Source of the DNA: Treponematales bacterium
Lineage (GTDB): Bacteria > Spirochaetota > Spirochaetia > Treponematales > JBGSOB01
NCBI GenBank assembly: GCA_041739325.1
Contig: JBGSOB010000112.1
Location: forward strand, 5,597 to 69,596
Direction of reading: 5' to 3'
DNA: 64,000 bases
Shown here in pieces: positions 42,229 to 51,000 of this stretch. Below the pieces are notes generated by a model. It saw nothing but the letters and a program-made list of their open reading frames with translations, did no database searches and was not told where the DNA came from. The first letter of the stretch is position 1. Every line of letters starts with the position of its first letter. The translations under genes were made by a program, and so were the position numbers.

Positions 42229-44445
42229 TTAACCGAAGAGGCTCAAACGCACACGCTTTACGTTGGATATCCTCTCTACCGGAATCTTCATGAACTCCCC
42301 CTCCTCATCCGGCCCATCAACCGTTTGGCAGTCCAAGAGGAGGCCGCTTGCCGTTTTGTGCAGGGAAAGGGGGCGGACCGAGCGCCTGTCCGGGTTGCCC
42401 TGGGCATCGCGGTAGAGGATCACTAAGAGCCAGTCGCTGCGGTGCAGGGAGTGCTCTATGAGCTTCACCTTGCCCAGGTAATCAAGCCCGCCGGCTTCGC
42501 TCTTTTCATAGCGCACTGAATCCGGCATGAGACCGGCCTCACCAATGATGAGCTTGAGGCGTATCCTGTCCGCCAGGGATTCTTTTATTTCCTTGGGATA
42601 GGAGGAGGCGGCGAGGCTGTCCTCAAGTTCCTTCCTGATTTTGAGCGGGTCGAGGGTAGGCTCTTGCCGCCGTCTTTCCCAGTCTGTCTCGGCAATGCTC
42701 AGCTCGCGGGTATCGAACTGCGGGGCTAGGTTCAGGGCCTGGCCGGGGCTTGCTATCGCGTCGGATCCGGGAAGGCCTTCCGAGGAACCGCTTGCGTCCA
42801 TAATGCGCGGGGGCGTTTCCATGCCCGCGCGCTGTAGGGCTTCTTCCGCTTCCTCGGCCCCGGCAAAGCGGGTGAGGTAGGCGCCGGGGGCAATCTTTTC
42901 AACCAGGTACTCGCGCATTACCGGGGAGTGTTCCATGAATTTCGCAAGTCTATCGTCGCCGCAGAGGACAATGCCGGTGACGATATTGACCGAGTGGTGC
43001 TCTCGCTCCCAGGCTTCCAGGGAGTAGGAGAGGTTTTGCGGTAGGGGCTTCCCGGACATCCGCGTGAGGTGGGCTTCCAAGGCCTCCCGGCTTAAGCCTA
43101 GGCGGTAGGCCCGCGCGGCGCTCTTGCGGCTGAGGCTAAATTCAAGGGCTGAGCCCAGGCGTTCGATGTCAAGGCACAGGGCTAGGATGAGGCCGTCGCT
43201 ACTGGGCAAACCTGGTCCAGTGAAGACGTGAAAATCAGCCCCCACCCGTATCCGCCCCGATTCCGCCGTTGTCGCTTCAACTGCTGGCCTGAGGCAGCCG
43301 CCTTTGCCGTCCGTTTTAAGGCAACCTGCCTTGAGCATGCCGGAAAGCAGGCGTGATGCGTCCGCTCCGCGGGCGCGCCTACTCATGTGTATTTGGGCAG
43401 ACATGATAAAACGGGCAAGGGCTTTCGGACCGAAGGCCCTTCCGGCGGGGATGATGCGCTCGGCTAAGCGGATTAGGTCGGCGGCATCGTTTTGGGCGCT
43501 TGCCGCAAGGTAGGGGGCGGGGTGGATGGGCTCGACGGCTCCGGCCGCGCCTGAGGCGCCCGGAACGGCGCTCGGAGCGGGAAGCCCCGTATCCATGGCC
43601 TTGAGGGTTGGGGACCCGGCGAGTATGGCCGCCGCCTTCGCGCGGGAGTAGGCCTCGAAGCGGAAAAAGCTTTCGGCTTCAGCCTTTTGCACGCAAAACT
43701 TCCCCCCGACAAAGCGGAAGAGCCGGGCGGACTCAAGGAAAGCGGCCGCCTGGTGGCAGTCCCAGTGTGCGGGAAAGCGGGATTGGAATTCTCGAACCGC
43801 TTTAATGGGAAGCTTGAGCTCCCCATCTGCCTTGCGGCGCGGCGCGTGGTCGTCCTTCAGAAAAAAGGAGATGAGGGCGGCAATGGCCTCCGGGTCTAAG
43901 CGGTCAAGGCTGGGGAAAGCGCTGGAAGACTCTTCTTCCTCCACTTCGGATTTTTTTCCTAAAGTCGCGGCTGGCGGGAAAACGAGCTCCGGGTCGTAGA
44001 CCCTTAGGCGAAAGGCTTCGGCAAGGAGGGGGTTGAGGCGTATATAGCGTCTTCCTACGCCGGAGCGCTCAAAGGCGGCCCGCTCCTTGGCGTTCCGTCC
44101 CTGGCTGCCCGGCGCAGGGCCGGCGGATTCGTAGATGAGGAGCCTTTCCTCCAGGTTTACGATGCGCAAGAGGGTCTGCATCCTCTCCCCGCCAAGGAAT
44201 TCCGCTACATCGTCGCGAGTGGCTTGGGGCAGGATGATGAGGGCGCTTAAGACCTCGGCGTCAGAATCGTCAATGAGGGAGAGGATGCGCTCTATGGTTT
44301 CCGGCTTTTTTAAGAGGGATTCCAGCTTGTCTACCAGCTCGTGTTTGCGGTAAGGCGTGCGCACCTGGCCAAGGTAGACGCGCATGAGGTCAAGGAATGT
44401 TTCCGAAGGCAGTGAGTTTAGGGCTGCGCGCCAATCTTGTAGCAT
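42229..44445 (-). CDS. XPB-associated large protein (helicase-associated; C-terminal small beta-barrel-like segment), function unknown
   Basis: It starts 3 nt after the XPB stop on the same strand. At 738 aa it has no catalytic motif I can recognise. The family call rests on conserved adjacency to bacterial XPB homologues as I remember it. Confidence 0.45.
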   Translation of the reverse strand: MLQDWRAALNSLPSETFLDLMRVYLGQVRTPYRKHELVDKLESLLKKPETIERILSLIDDSDAEVLSALIILPQATRDDVAEFLGGERMQTLLRIVNLEERLLIYESAGPAPGSQGRNAKERAAFERSGVGRRYIRLNPLLAEAFRLRVYDPELVFPPAATLGKKSEVEEEESSSAFPSLDRLDPEAIAALISFFLKDDHAPRRKADGELKLPIKAVREFQSRFPAHWDCHQAAAFLESARLFRFVGGKFCVQKAEAESFFRFEAYSRAKAAAILAGSPTLKAMDTGLPAPSAVPGASGAAGAVEPIHPAPYLAASAQNDAADLIRLAERIIPAGRAFGPKALARFIMSAQIHMSRRARGADASRLLSGMLKAGCLKTDGKGGCLRPAVEATTAESGRIRVGADFHVFTGPGLPSSDGLILALCLDIERLGSALEFSLSRKSAARAYRLGLSREALEAHLTRMSGKPLPQNLSYSLEAWEREHHSVNIVTGIVLCGDDRLAKFMEHSPVMREYLVEKIAPGAYLTRFAGAEEAEEALQRAGMETPPRIMDASGSSEGLPGSDAIASPGQALNLAPQFDTRELSIAETDWERRRQEPTLDPLKIRKELEDSLAASSYPKEIKESLADRIRLKLIIGEAGLMPDSVRYEKSEAGGLDYLGKVKLIEHSLHRSDWLLVILYRDAQGNPDRRSVRPLSLHKTASGLLLDCQTVDGPDEEGEFMKIPVERISNVKRVRLSLFG

Positions 44446-44448
44446 GGT

Positions 44449-46200
44449 CTAGTACCCTCCTGAGGCGGCGGGGGCGGGGAGGCTGTCCTCGGGAGAACGG
44501 CGCTCTATTTCGTAGCGATAGCCTTGCTCGGCAAGGAATTTTTGACGGTTGACGGAAAACTCCTCTTCAACCGTCATCTCAGACACCAGGGTATAAAAAT
44601 ATGAGTTTATCTTTTTGGGCCGCAGGATACGCCCCAGGCGCTGGGCTTCTTCCTGCCGCGAGCCGAAGGAGCCAGATACCTGGATGGCTACCGAAGCGTC
44701 CGGCAGGTCTATGGCAAAATTGGCCACGCGGGATACTACCAAGAGCCGCAGCTCCCCGGAGCGGAAGGAGTCGTAGAGGGTCATGCGGTCGGTGCTTGCC
44801 ATCTTGCCGGTAATGAGGGGGGCCTTTAAGTGCTTGGCGATATCGGCCAATTGGCTTAAGTATTCGCCTATGACGAGTATGCCTTCGCCGCTATGGTGTT
44901 TTGCCAGCTCCTCCACTACGGCTATCTTGAGGGGGTTCTCCCCGGCAAGCCTTACCTTAGCCCGCTTTTCCGCGGCCGCGTATTCGTAGCCGCGCTGGTC
45001 CGAAAGGGGTATGCGGATCTCGCGGCAGAAGGCCTGGGCTATCCAGCCCTTTGCCTCCAGTTCCTTCCAAGGCACGTCGTAGCGCTTGGGTCCCACCAGG
45101 GCAAAGACCTCGGACTCCCGCCCGTCTTCGCGCACCAAGGTTGCCGTGAGCCCCAGGCGGCGAACGGCTTGGAGCTCCGCGGTAACGCGGAAAACAGGGG
45201 CCGGTAAAAGGTGGACCTCGTCATAGACGATCAAGCCCCAGGGTCGGGCCCTAAAGAGGGAGAAGTGGGGGTATTCGGCGTCGCGGTCCGGCCGCCAGAT
45301 GATGACCTGATAGGTGGCCACCGTTATGGGGCGTATTTCCTTGCGTTCGCCGGAGTACTCGCCCACCAAGGCCGGGTCTATGTCCGTCTTGTCCAAGAGC
45401 TCGGCTATCCACTGCCGTACCGCCTGGGAATTGGCGGTAAGGATGAGTACGTTGACCGAGAGCTCGGCCATGACCGCCATGCCGATAACCGTCTTGCCCG
45501 AGCCGCAGGGTAGAACGACAGTGCCGTAGCCTGTGCCCGGGGCCTTGTTGCCCACAAAGGAGCGCACGGCTTCCAGCTGGTAGGCGCGCAGGGAAAAATC
45601 GGCGCCGGAGCGGCAGCTATGGCGTAGGGCCAGGGGAAGGCTCTCACCCTCCAGGAGGGGGGCTTCGTCGCGGCAGGGGTAGAGGGCCTTCATAAGCTCC
45701 AGCTTTACCGTTCCCCGGTCAAGGAGGAGGAGGGAAAAACCTGAGTCTTCCTCAACGAGGTACTTCATCAGGCGCTTATTTCCGGCTAGCTCCAAGCGCA
45801 CCCGCCTATCGGCTACCTCTAGGCGCAACCTGGCTTGGGAGAGTTCAACTATAGCCGGCGCTTGGCCCTCAGCTTCATTCCCGCCAAGGGGCGTGTAGGC
45901 CTTCATGACAACCTTGCCAAAGCGGCCCATGGCGTCGCGCACCCAGCGGTACACGTTGGCCGGAACCTCATAGCGGGAATAGCGGCCCAAGATGGCGCAC
46001 ACGTCTTCAGGCCCCATGCCCGCCTGGGCGGCGTTCCACAGGCTTAGGGGAGAAAGGCTCCAGCTATGCATGTGTTCCGGCGACTTTTCCAGGGAGGCAA
46101 AGGGCAGGAGGGCATCCCGCGCCTGTTCAAAGAGGGGGGCGTGGGTGTCTAAGAGGAGTGTCGTATCGCTCTGAATGATGATCGGGCCGTCCGTTGGCAT
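44449..46200 (-). CDS. XPB/ERCC3-type SF2 DNA helicase
   Basis: Motifs are LRAYQLEAV, Walker A (LPCGSGKT), DEVH (VYDEVHLLPA), LGLTATLVRED and helicase C motifs (VGEYLSQL...; QVSGSFGSRQEEAQRLGRILR). Confidence 0.85.
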   Translation of the reverse strand: MPTDGPIIIQSDTTLLLDTHAPLFEQARDALLPFASLEKSPEHMHSWSLSPLSLWNAAQAGMGPEDVCAILGRYSRYEVPANVYRWVRDAMGRFGKVVMKAYTPLGGNEAEGQAPAIVELSQARLRLEVADRRVRLELAGNKRLMKYLVEEDSGFSLLLLDRGTVKLELMKALYPCRDEAPLLEGESLPLALRHSCRSGADFSLRAYQLEAVRSFVGNKAPGTGYGTVVLPCGSGKTVIGMAVMAELSVNVLILTANSQAVRQWIAELLDKTDIDPALVGEYSGERKEIRPITVATYQVIIWRPDRDAEYPHFSLFRARPWGLIVYDEVHLLPAPVFRVTAELQAVRRLGLTATLVREDGRESEVFALVGPKRYDVPWKELEAKGWIAQAFCREIRIPLSDQRGYEYAAAEKRAKVRLAGENPLKIAVVEELAKHHSGEGILVIGEYLSQLADIAKHLKAPLITGKMASTDRMTLYDSFRSGELRLLVVSRVANFAIDLPDASVAIQVSGSFGSRQEEAQRLGRILRPKKINSYFYTLVSEMTVEEEFSVNRQKFLAEQGYRYEIERRSPEDSLPAPAASGGY

Positions 46201-46353
46201 ATCCGCCTATTGTACGCCTAAGCGCGCGTGCTCGGCAAGGCCGTCGATTGCGCTCAGGCTCTTAGTGCCTGGTATGATAGGGCCATAGCCTTTGCCTGGT
46301 ACGATCTTGGTACGCGGTTTGCCCAAAGCCGGGCTTTAGGCTATCATTGTTTT

Positions 46354-47136
46354 ATGGGCAAGATCCTCATTGGCACATCCGGTTACTCCTACGACGATTG
46401 GGAGGGGCCCTTCTACCCCGAGGGCCTTGCCCGGGATGAGAGGCTTTCCCACTACGCCCTCTTTTTTCCATTCGTAGAGCTTAATTTTTCCTACTACAAG
46501 ATGCCGCAGGCCCATGCCCTGCGCGCCATGGCGGATCGCGCGGCGCATTCCTTTCTCTTTTCCATCAAGGCCCACCAGAGCCTGACCCACGAGGTGGGCC
46601 CGGCTTGGCGCGACGACGCTGAGCTCTTCGTCAAGGCGGTGGACGCCCTGGCACAGCGAGATCGCCTAGCCTCGGTTATCGTGCAGTTGCCCTACCGCTT
46701 CCACTACACCGTGGAAAACCGCGTCTATCTCTCAGAGCTCCTTAAGGAGCTTGGGTCCTTCCCCACGGCGGTGGAATTCCGCAACGCCCAATGGCTCAAC
46801 GAGCGGGTCTATGAAGAACTTGCGTCGCGCAACGTTGCCTTCTTGGCGGTGGACGAGCCTGAGCTGCCCAATCTGCCGCGCCCCGAGCCAAGGGCCACCG
46901 CCGGCTTCGGCTATGTGCGCTTCCACGGCCGCAACAAGGAGGCCTGGTGGTCAGGCGACAACGTATCCCGCTACGATTACGACTACCCGGAAGCGGAGCT
47001 GCGCGAGTGGTTGCCGCGCATCGCCCTTATGCGGGAGAAGACGGATGTCCTCTACGTGGCTTTCAACAATCATGCCAGGGGCCGGGCCGTGGCCAACGCC
47101 CGCAAGCTCAAGGAGCTCGTGGAGCTTTTTGGCTAG
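46354..47136 (+). CDS. DUF72 (UPF0759, YecE-like) protein
   Basis: The ATG at 46354 gives MGKILIGTSGYSYDDWEGPFYP, the characteristic DUF72 N-terminus. Later motifs are FRNAQW, YVRFHGRN and YVAFNNH. Confidence 0.7.
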   Translation: MGKILIGTSGYSYDDWEGPFYPEGLARDERLSHYALFFPFVELNFSYYKMPQAHALRAMADRAAHSFLFSIKAHQSLTHEVGPAWRDDAELFVKAVDALAQRDRLASVIVQLPYRFHYTVENRVYLSELLKELGSFPTAVEFRNAQWLNERVYEELASRNVAFLAVDEPELPNLPRPEPRATAGFGYVRFHGRNKEAWWSGDNVSRYDYDYPEAELREWLPRIALMREKTDVLYVAFNNHARGRAVANARKLKELVELFG

Positions 47137-47212
47137 GAAATCCACGGCCTAGTCTCTAGCCTATGGTTCATCCGCGCATCTGGCTTACCCGACCACTGGG
47201 TCGGAAATACCC

Positions 47213-47241
47213 TTGACCGCAGGGAAAAAGTAGTGTACCTT
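47213..47241 (+). promoter_or_regulatory. Candidate promoter for the ilvB leader
   Basis: It reads TTGACC (47213-47218), a 17-nt spacer, then TACCTT (47236-47241). This is the same TTGAC-N17-TAnnnT layout as the two tRNA promoters. Confidence 0.35.
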
Positions 47242-47261
47242 TCAAACTAAGGATATTTGGA

Positions 47262-47360
47262 ATGAACCCGTATCGCGCCGCAGGCGTACACCCAGTCAAT
47301 GGCCTCCTTACCGTAGTAATCGTAGTAGGGCTGTTCTCAGGGCGCCGCGCGCAGCGTTGA
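47262..47360 (+). promoter_or_regulatory. Candidate ilvB leader peptide (32 codons, branched-chain-rich core)
   Basis: AAGGA (47249-47253) lies 8 nt before the ATG. The translation read from the sequence is MNPYRAAGVHPVNGLLTVVIVVGLFSGRRAQR, stop at 47358-47360. It was not in the ORF track because it is too short. Confidence 0.45.
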
Positions 47361-47385
47361 CGGGATCCTAGACAAGGATCTTGCA

Positions 47386-47418
47386 CCCCCGCTGGCCGGC
47401 GCCAGCGGGGGTTTTTTT
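47386..47418 (+). terminator. Strong intrinsic terminator / attenuator upstream of ilvB
   Basis: An 11-bp perfect stem CCCCCGCTGGC/GCCAGCGGGGG with loop CGGC is followed by T7 (47412-47418). It lies 26 nt after the leader stop and 69 nt before the ilvB ATG. Confidence 0.75.
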
Positions 47419-47486
47419 ATCCCCGCCGCCGCGGGCCGGGGCCGCCCTAGGGGGCAGCCGGAGGGAAGCTTAGGAGAGGAGGAAGT

Positions 47487-49193
47487 ATGAAGGCGAATGG
47501 GGCAGAGATTATCGTTAAATTGCTGGAACGGGAGGGGATCGATATCGTCGCGGGAATCCCCGGCGGGGCCAATCTTCCCCTCTACGACGCCCTCTATCAT
47601 AGCGAGGCTTCAGGCGGCATCCGTCATATCCTGGCCCGCCACGAGCAGGGCGGTGGCTTCATAGCCCAGGGTATGGCGCGCTCAAGCGGAAAGACAGCTT
47701 GTTGCCTAGCTACCTCCGGCCCTGGGGCGACAAATTTGATTACCGCCTTGGCCGACGCTAAGATGGATTCGGTGCCCCTGGTTGCCATTACCGGCCAGGT
47801 CGCTTCAGGCCTCCTGGGCACGGACGCCTTTCAGGAGATCGATACCTACGGCATGACCCAGTCCATCACCAAGCATAATATGCTTATTCGCTCCGCTAAG
47901 GAGCTCCTGTCCGCCATACCAGAGGCATTCCGTATTGCCGCCTCGGACCGCCCCGGCCCGGTTTTAATAGACGTGCCCAAGGATGTCCAGCTCGAAAGTC
48001 TTGAGTTTGACGCCTGGCCCGAGCCCTCGCGGCTAGACCCGGCACTGGAGCCCGATGCCACGGCCATTGAGAGCCTCTTACGGATGATAGACGCCGCCGA
48101 GCGCCCGCTCTTTTACGTGGGGGGAGGCTTAAGCGCCTCCGGGGCCTGCGATTCCTTCCGCCGTTTAGTGGAGGCTACGCAGATACCCGCCGTTCTGACC
48201 CTGATGGCCTTAGGTTGCCTTGAGCCGGAGCACAGCCTCAACCTGGGGATGCTGGGCATGCACGGCGGCCTGGGCGTAAACCGCGCCGTGGAAGAGGCGG
48301 ACTTAGTCATTGCCATAGGCGCCCGCTTTGACGATAGGGTGACCGGCCGCCTGGACGGCTTTGCTCGCAAGGCCGCCGTTGCCCATATAGACCGCGACTA
48401 CGCGGAGATCAATAAAATACGCCGCGTCAACCTCTCCATTCCCGCCGACGCCGGCCTGGCAATCGAAGCCCTCCTTGCTCTCTTAGGCCCTTCCCCCCGG
48501 CGCAGGCCCGCTCAGGCGCCCTGGTTATCCAGGGTTACCGAACTCAAGGCCCGTGAGGGACTTTCTATCCCTGAGGAGGGAAGCCATCCCCTTGCCCTTA
48601 TACGCAGAATATCCCGGCTTGCCGGCGCCCAGGCAATCGTCACCACGGATGTGGGCCAACACCAGATGTGGGCGGCCCAGGCCTGGCTGGCCCATAGCCC
48701 ACGTTCATTTTTAACATCAGGCGGCCTAGGCACTATGGGCTTCGGCCTGCCTGCCGCCATCGGCGCCGCCCTGGCAAACCCCGGACGAAAGGTCGTCTGC
48801 CTTTCCGGCGACGGCTCCATTCAGATGAACATCCAAGAACTGGCCACCCTCTCCGAGTTGGGCCTGAACCTGAGCCTCTTTATCCTCGACAACGGCCACC
48901 TGGGCCTGGTGCGCCAGCAACAGGAGCTGTTTTATGGGAATAGGACAATGGCCTCACGCTTTGCTAGCCGCCCGGACTTTGCCCTCATAGCCCGCGGCTA
49001 TGGAATAGAATCCAGCAAGGTTTCCCTGGGCCAAGACCCCCAGGATGCCATCACTCGTGCCCTTTCAAACTCAGGTCCCAGCCTGACTGTCTTGGAAGTT
49101 GCCCCCGAAGAGCTTGTCCTCCCCATGGTTCCGCCGGGGAAGTCGAATCTCGAGGCCCTTCTTGCCCCGCCCAAGGTGGTTTCAGGCTTGTAG
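47487..49193 (+). CDS. ilvB: Acetolactate synthase large (catalytic) subunit
   Basis: GGAGAGGAGGAAG precedes the ATG. ThDP-enzyme motifs are HEQGGGFIAQGMARSSGK, SGPGATNL, and GGLGTMGFGLPAAIGA...SGDGSIQMN. Confidence 0.9.
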   Translation: MKANGAEIIVKLLEREGIDIVAGIPGGANLPLYDALYHSEASGGIRHILARHEQGGGFIAQGMARSSGKTACCLATSGPGATNLITALADAKMDSVPLVAITGQVASGLLGTDAFQEIDTYGMTQSITKHNMLIRSAKELLSAIPEAFRIAASDRPGPVLIDVPKDVQLESLEFDAWPEPSRLDPALEPDATAIESLLRMIDAAERPLFYVGGGLSASGACDSFRRLVEATQIPAVLTLMALGCLEPEHSLNLGMLGMHGGLGVNRAVEEADLVIAIGARFDDRVTGRLDGFARKAAVAHIDRDYAEINKIRRVNLSIPADAGLAIEALLALLGPSPRRRPAQAPWLSRVTELKAREGLSIPEEGSHPLALIRRISRLAGAQAIVTTDVGQHQMWAAQAWLAHSPRSFLTSGGLGTMGFGLPAAIGAALANPGRKVVCLSGDGSIQMNIQELATLSELGLNLSLFILDNGHLGLVRQQQELFYGNRTMASRFASRPDFALIARGYGIESSKVSLGQDPQDAITRALSNSGPSLTVLEVAPEELVLPMVPPGKSNLEALLAPPKVVSGL

Positions 49194-49205
49194 CCGAATT
49201 CCCTT

Positions 49206-49264
49206 CGGCTACCTTTTTAAGCTTTTTCCTTTTACCATAAAGACTAAGCTAAAAAAGGTAGCCG
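49206..49264. repeat. Long inverted repeat (19-nt arms, one mismatch, 21-nt loop) downstream of ilvB
   Basis: CGGCTACCTTTTTAAGCTT (49206-49224) pairs with AAGCTAAAAAAGGTAGCCG (49246-49264) at 18 of 19 positions. No T-run follows. The repeat sits at the edge of a very AT-rich 130-bp stretch. Confidence 0.8.
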
Positions 49265-49393
49265 TTGTGCCTTCAGTTAAAAATATGATAAATACATATA
49301 TTATAATAGTATAAAAAGCCTAGCCATTGATTTCCCCCCTCTTCGGTTCTATACTCTCACTGTGGTTTTTAACGCTAAGAACCTGGAGGCTCT

Positions 49394-50992
49394 ATGAAAT
49401 TCAAAGTACTGGCTTGCGCCCTCAGCCTTGGCGCCTGCCTCTCTGCCCAGACAATGTCCAACCTGCCCATTATCGTCGTTCAGCCCTTTGAGGATCTGCG
49501 CACGAATCCCAATGGAGAGAACTACGCCCCAGCTATAAGCTCGATGATGAAGACGGCTATCGGCTCCAGCCTTATCTTCCAAACCGAGGGGGGGCGGCGG
49601 ATAAGCGCCTTTGATTACCAAAGCTTGCGCACCCAGTTTTCTTCCGCCAAGGGCTCCCAGCTCTTTCTGATGACAGGGACGGTCTTGGCGGCAAACAACG
49701 CCATACAGGTTGATATCCGCGTCTACGACGTGGCCCAGGAAAGCTTGGTTTACTCATCCTTCGTTCCCATTCTCTCCATCAACGCCGCCCGCTCAGCCCT
49801 GGAAGCCTATCTGGAGGATTTTCGCCGCATGGTCTTCGGCAACATCCTTGGCAGGGTAGAGCTATCGGTGAGCGTGCCCGGCGCGGACGTCTACCTGGAT
49901 AAGCGCTTTATCGGAACGGTGCCGAAGTCGGCCAAGCTCGATTTCCCCTATCTCTACCCAGGTGAATATTCCCTGCGCATCCTGGCCACCGGCTACATGG
50001 ATTACCAAGAAAAGATATCGGTGCGCGAACGCCGCTTGAGCGCTGTCAACGTCCAGCTAGCCCAAGAGCCGGGCAGCTTGACCCTGGATTCGGAGCCCAG
50101 CGGGGCTGAGGTATTCATTGACGGAAAGCCGGCCGGCAGCACCCCCTTAAGGCTTGCCCAGATTCAGCCGGGCTCCTACCGGGTTACCATAAAAAAGGAA
50201 CTCTACTTGAACTACTCCTCCACGGTGGAGCTGCGCTCGCGTGAGGAGAGGAGCCTGAAGGCGCCCCTGACTATCATGCCGGGCGCCCTGCGCCTCGTAT
50301 CTCTTCCCGCCGGTGCCACCCTCTACGAGGGTGACAAACCTATCGGGGAAACACCCTTGACCTTGGCCGACCTCGCCCCGCGCAAGTACGTCTTCCAGCT
50401 CCAGCTTGACGACTACTTAAGCCATCCCCTCGACATCACCATAGAGCCTGCCAAGACCCAGGTGATGGAGATTGCCTTGAGTAAGGCCCAGGCCCCGGTG
50501 GACATCTACTCAAACCCGCCCGATGCCGAGCTCTTCCGTGAGGGTCCTGAGGGAAGGCAATCTCTGGGCCGGACCCCTCTTCAAAAATTGCCCTTTGACT
50601 TTGGCAGTCATCGCCTGGTGCTGGAAAAAGAGGGCTACTTCCCCAAGAGTTTTTGGCTACGCGTAGATGAAAACCGCAGTTTCAACATAGATCAAAAGCT
50701 TGCGCAAAAACCGGCCGCAATCCGCATCAGCACGGATCCCGACAATGCTCGGATCATCGTCGACGGTTCCTATCGCGGCAACTCGCCTCTCCTGCTTAAG
50801 GATTACAGCCCAGGCAAGCATCGGGTGGAGGCTCGTACATCCTATGGCTCCGCCTCCGCGGAGCTTGAGCTGGCTCCCGATGAGGAAAAGCCGGTTATGC
50901 TTTCTATCCGAAAGCCCGCCCTCAGTTTCATCTCGGCCGCCTTAGTGGCCGGCTTGAGCGCCCTGCTTTTCTTCAGCGTTTCGGGAAACTAG
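49394..50992 (+). CDS. Exported PEGA-repeat protein with CsgG/LpoB-like N-domain and C-terminal TM anchor
   Basis: There is a signal peptide. The N-domain starts LPIIVVQPFEDLR. At least five PEGA-type modules are present (GADVYLDKRFIGTVP, GAEVFIDGKPAGSTPL, GATLYEGDKPIGETPL, DAELFREG...GRTPL, NARIIVDGSYRGNSPL). A C-terminal hydrophobic helix follows. Confidence 0.7.
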   Translation: MKFKVLACALSLGACLSAQTMSNLPIIVVQPFEDLRTNPNGENYAPAISSMMKTAIGSSLIFQTEGGRRISAFDYQSLRTQFSSAKGSQLFLMTGTVLAANNAIQVDIRVYDVAQESLVYSSFVPILSINAARSALEAYLEDFRRMVFGNILGRVELSVSVPGADVYLDKRFIGTVPKSAKLDFPYLYPGEYSLRILATGYMDYQEKISVRERRLSAVNVQLAQEPGSLTLDSEPSGAEVFIDGKPAGSTPLRLAQIQPGSYRVTIKKELYLNYSSTVELRSREERSLKAPLTIMPGALRLVSLPAGATLYEGDKPIGETPLTLADLAPRKYVFQLQLDDYLSHPLDITIEPAKTQVMEIALSKAQAPVDIYSNPPDAELFREGPEGRQSLGRTPLQKLPFDFGSHRLVLEKEGYFPKSFWLRVDENRSFNIDQKLAQKPAAIRISTDPDNARIIVDGSYRGNSPLLLKDYSPGKHRVEARTSYGSASAELELAPDEEKPVMLSIRKPALSFISAALVAGLSALLFFSVSGN

Positions 50993-51000
50993 GAGTAGCC

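Noticed and set aside
47168-47600. Minus-strand ORFs 47168..47386 and 47337..47600 in the ilvB upstream region
   Set aside because: They overlap the leader-peptide ORF, the terminator hairpin and the ilvB start. They have no SD and a low-complexity composition.
49206-49264. The 19-bp inverted repeat as the Rho-independent terminator of ilvB
   Set aside because: It has no U-tract on either side and an unusually long AT-rich stem with a 21-nt loop. I kept it as an unexplained repeat instead.
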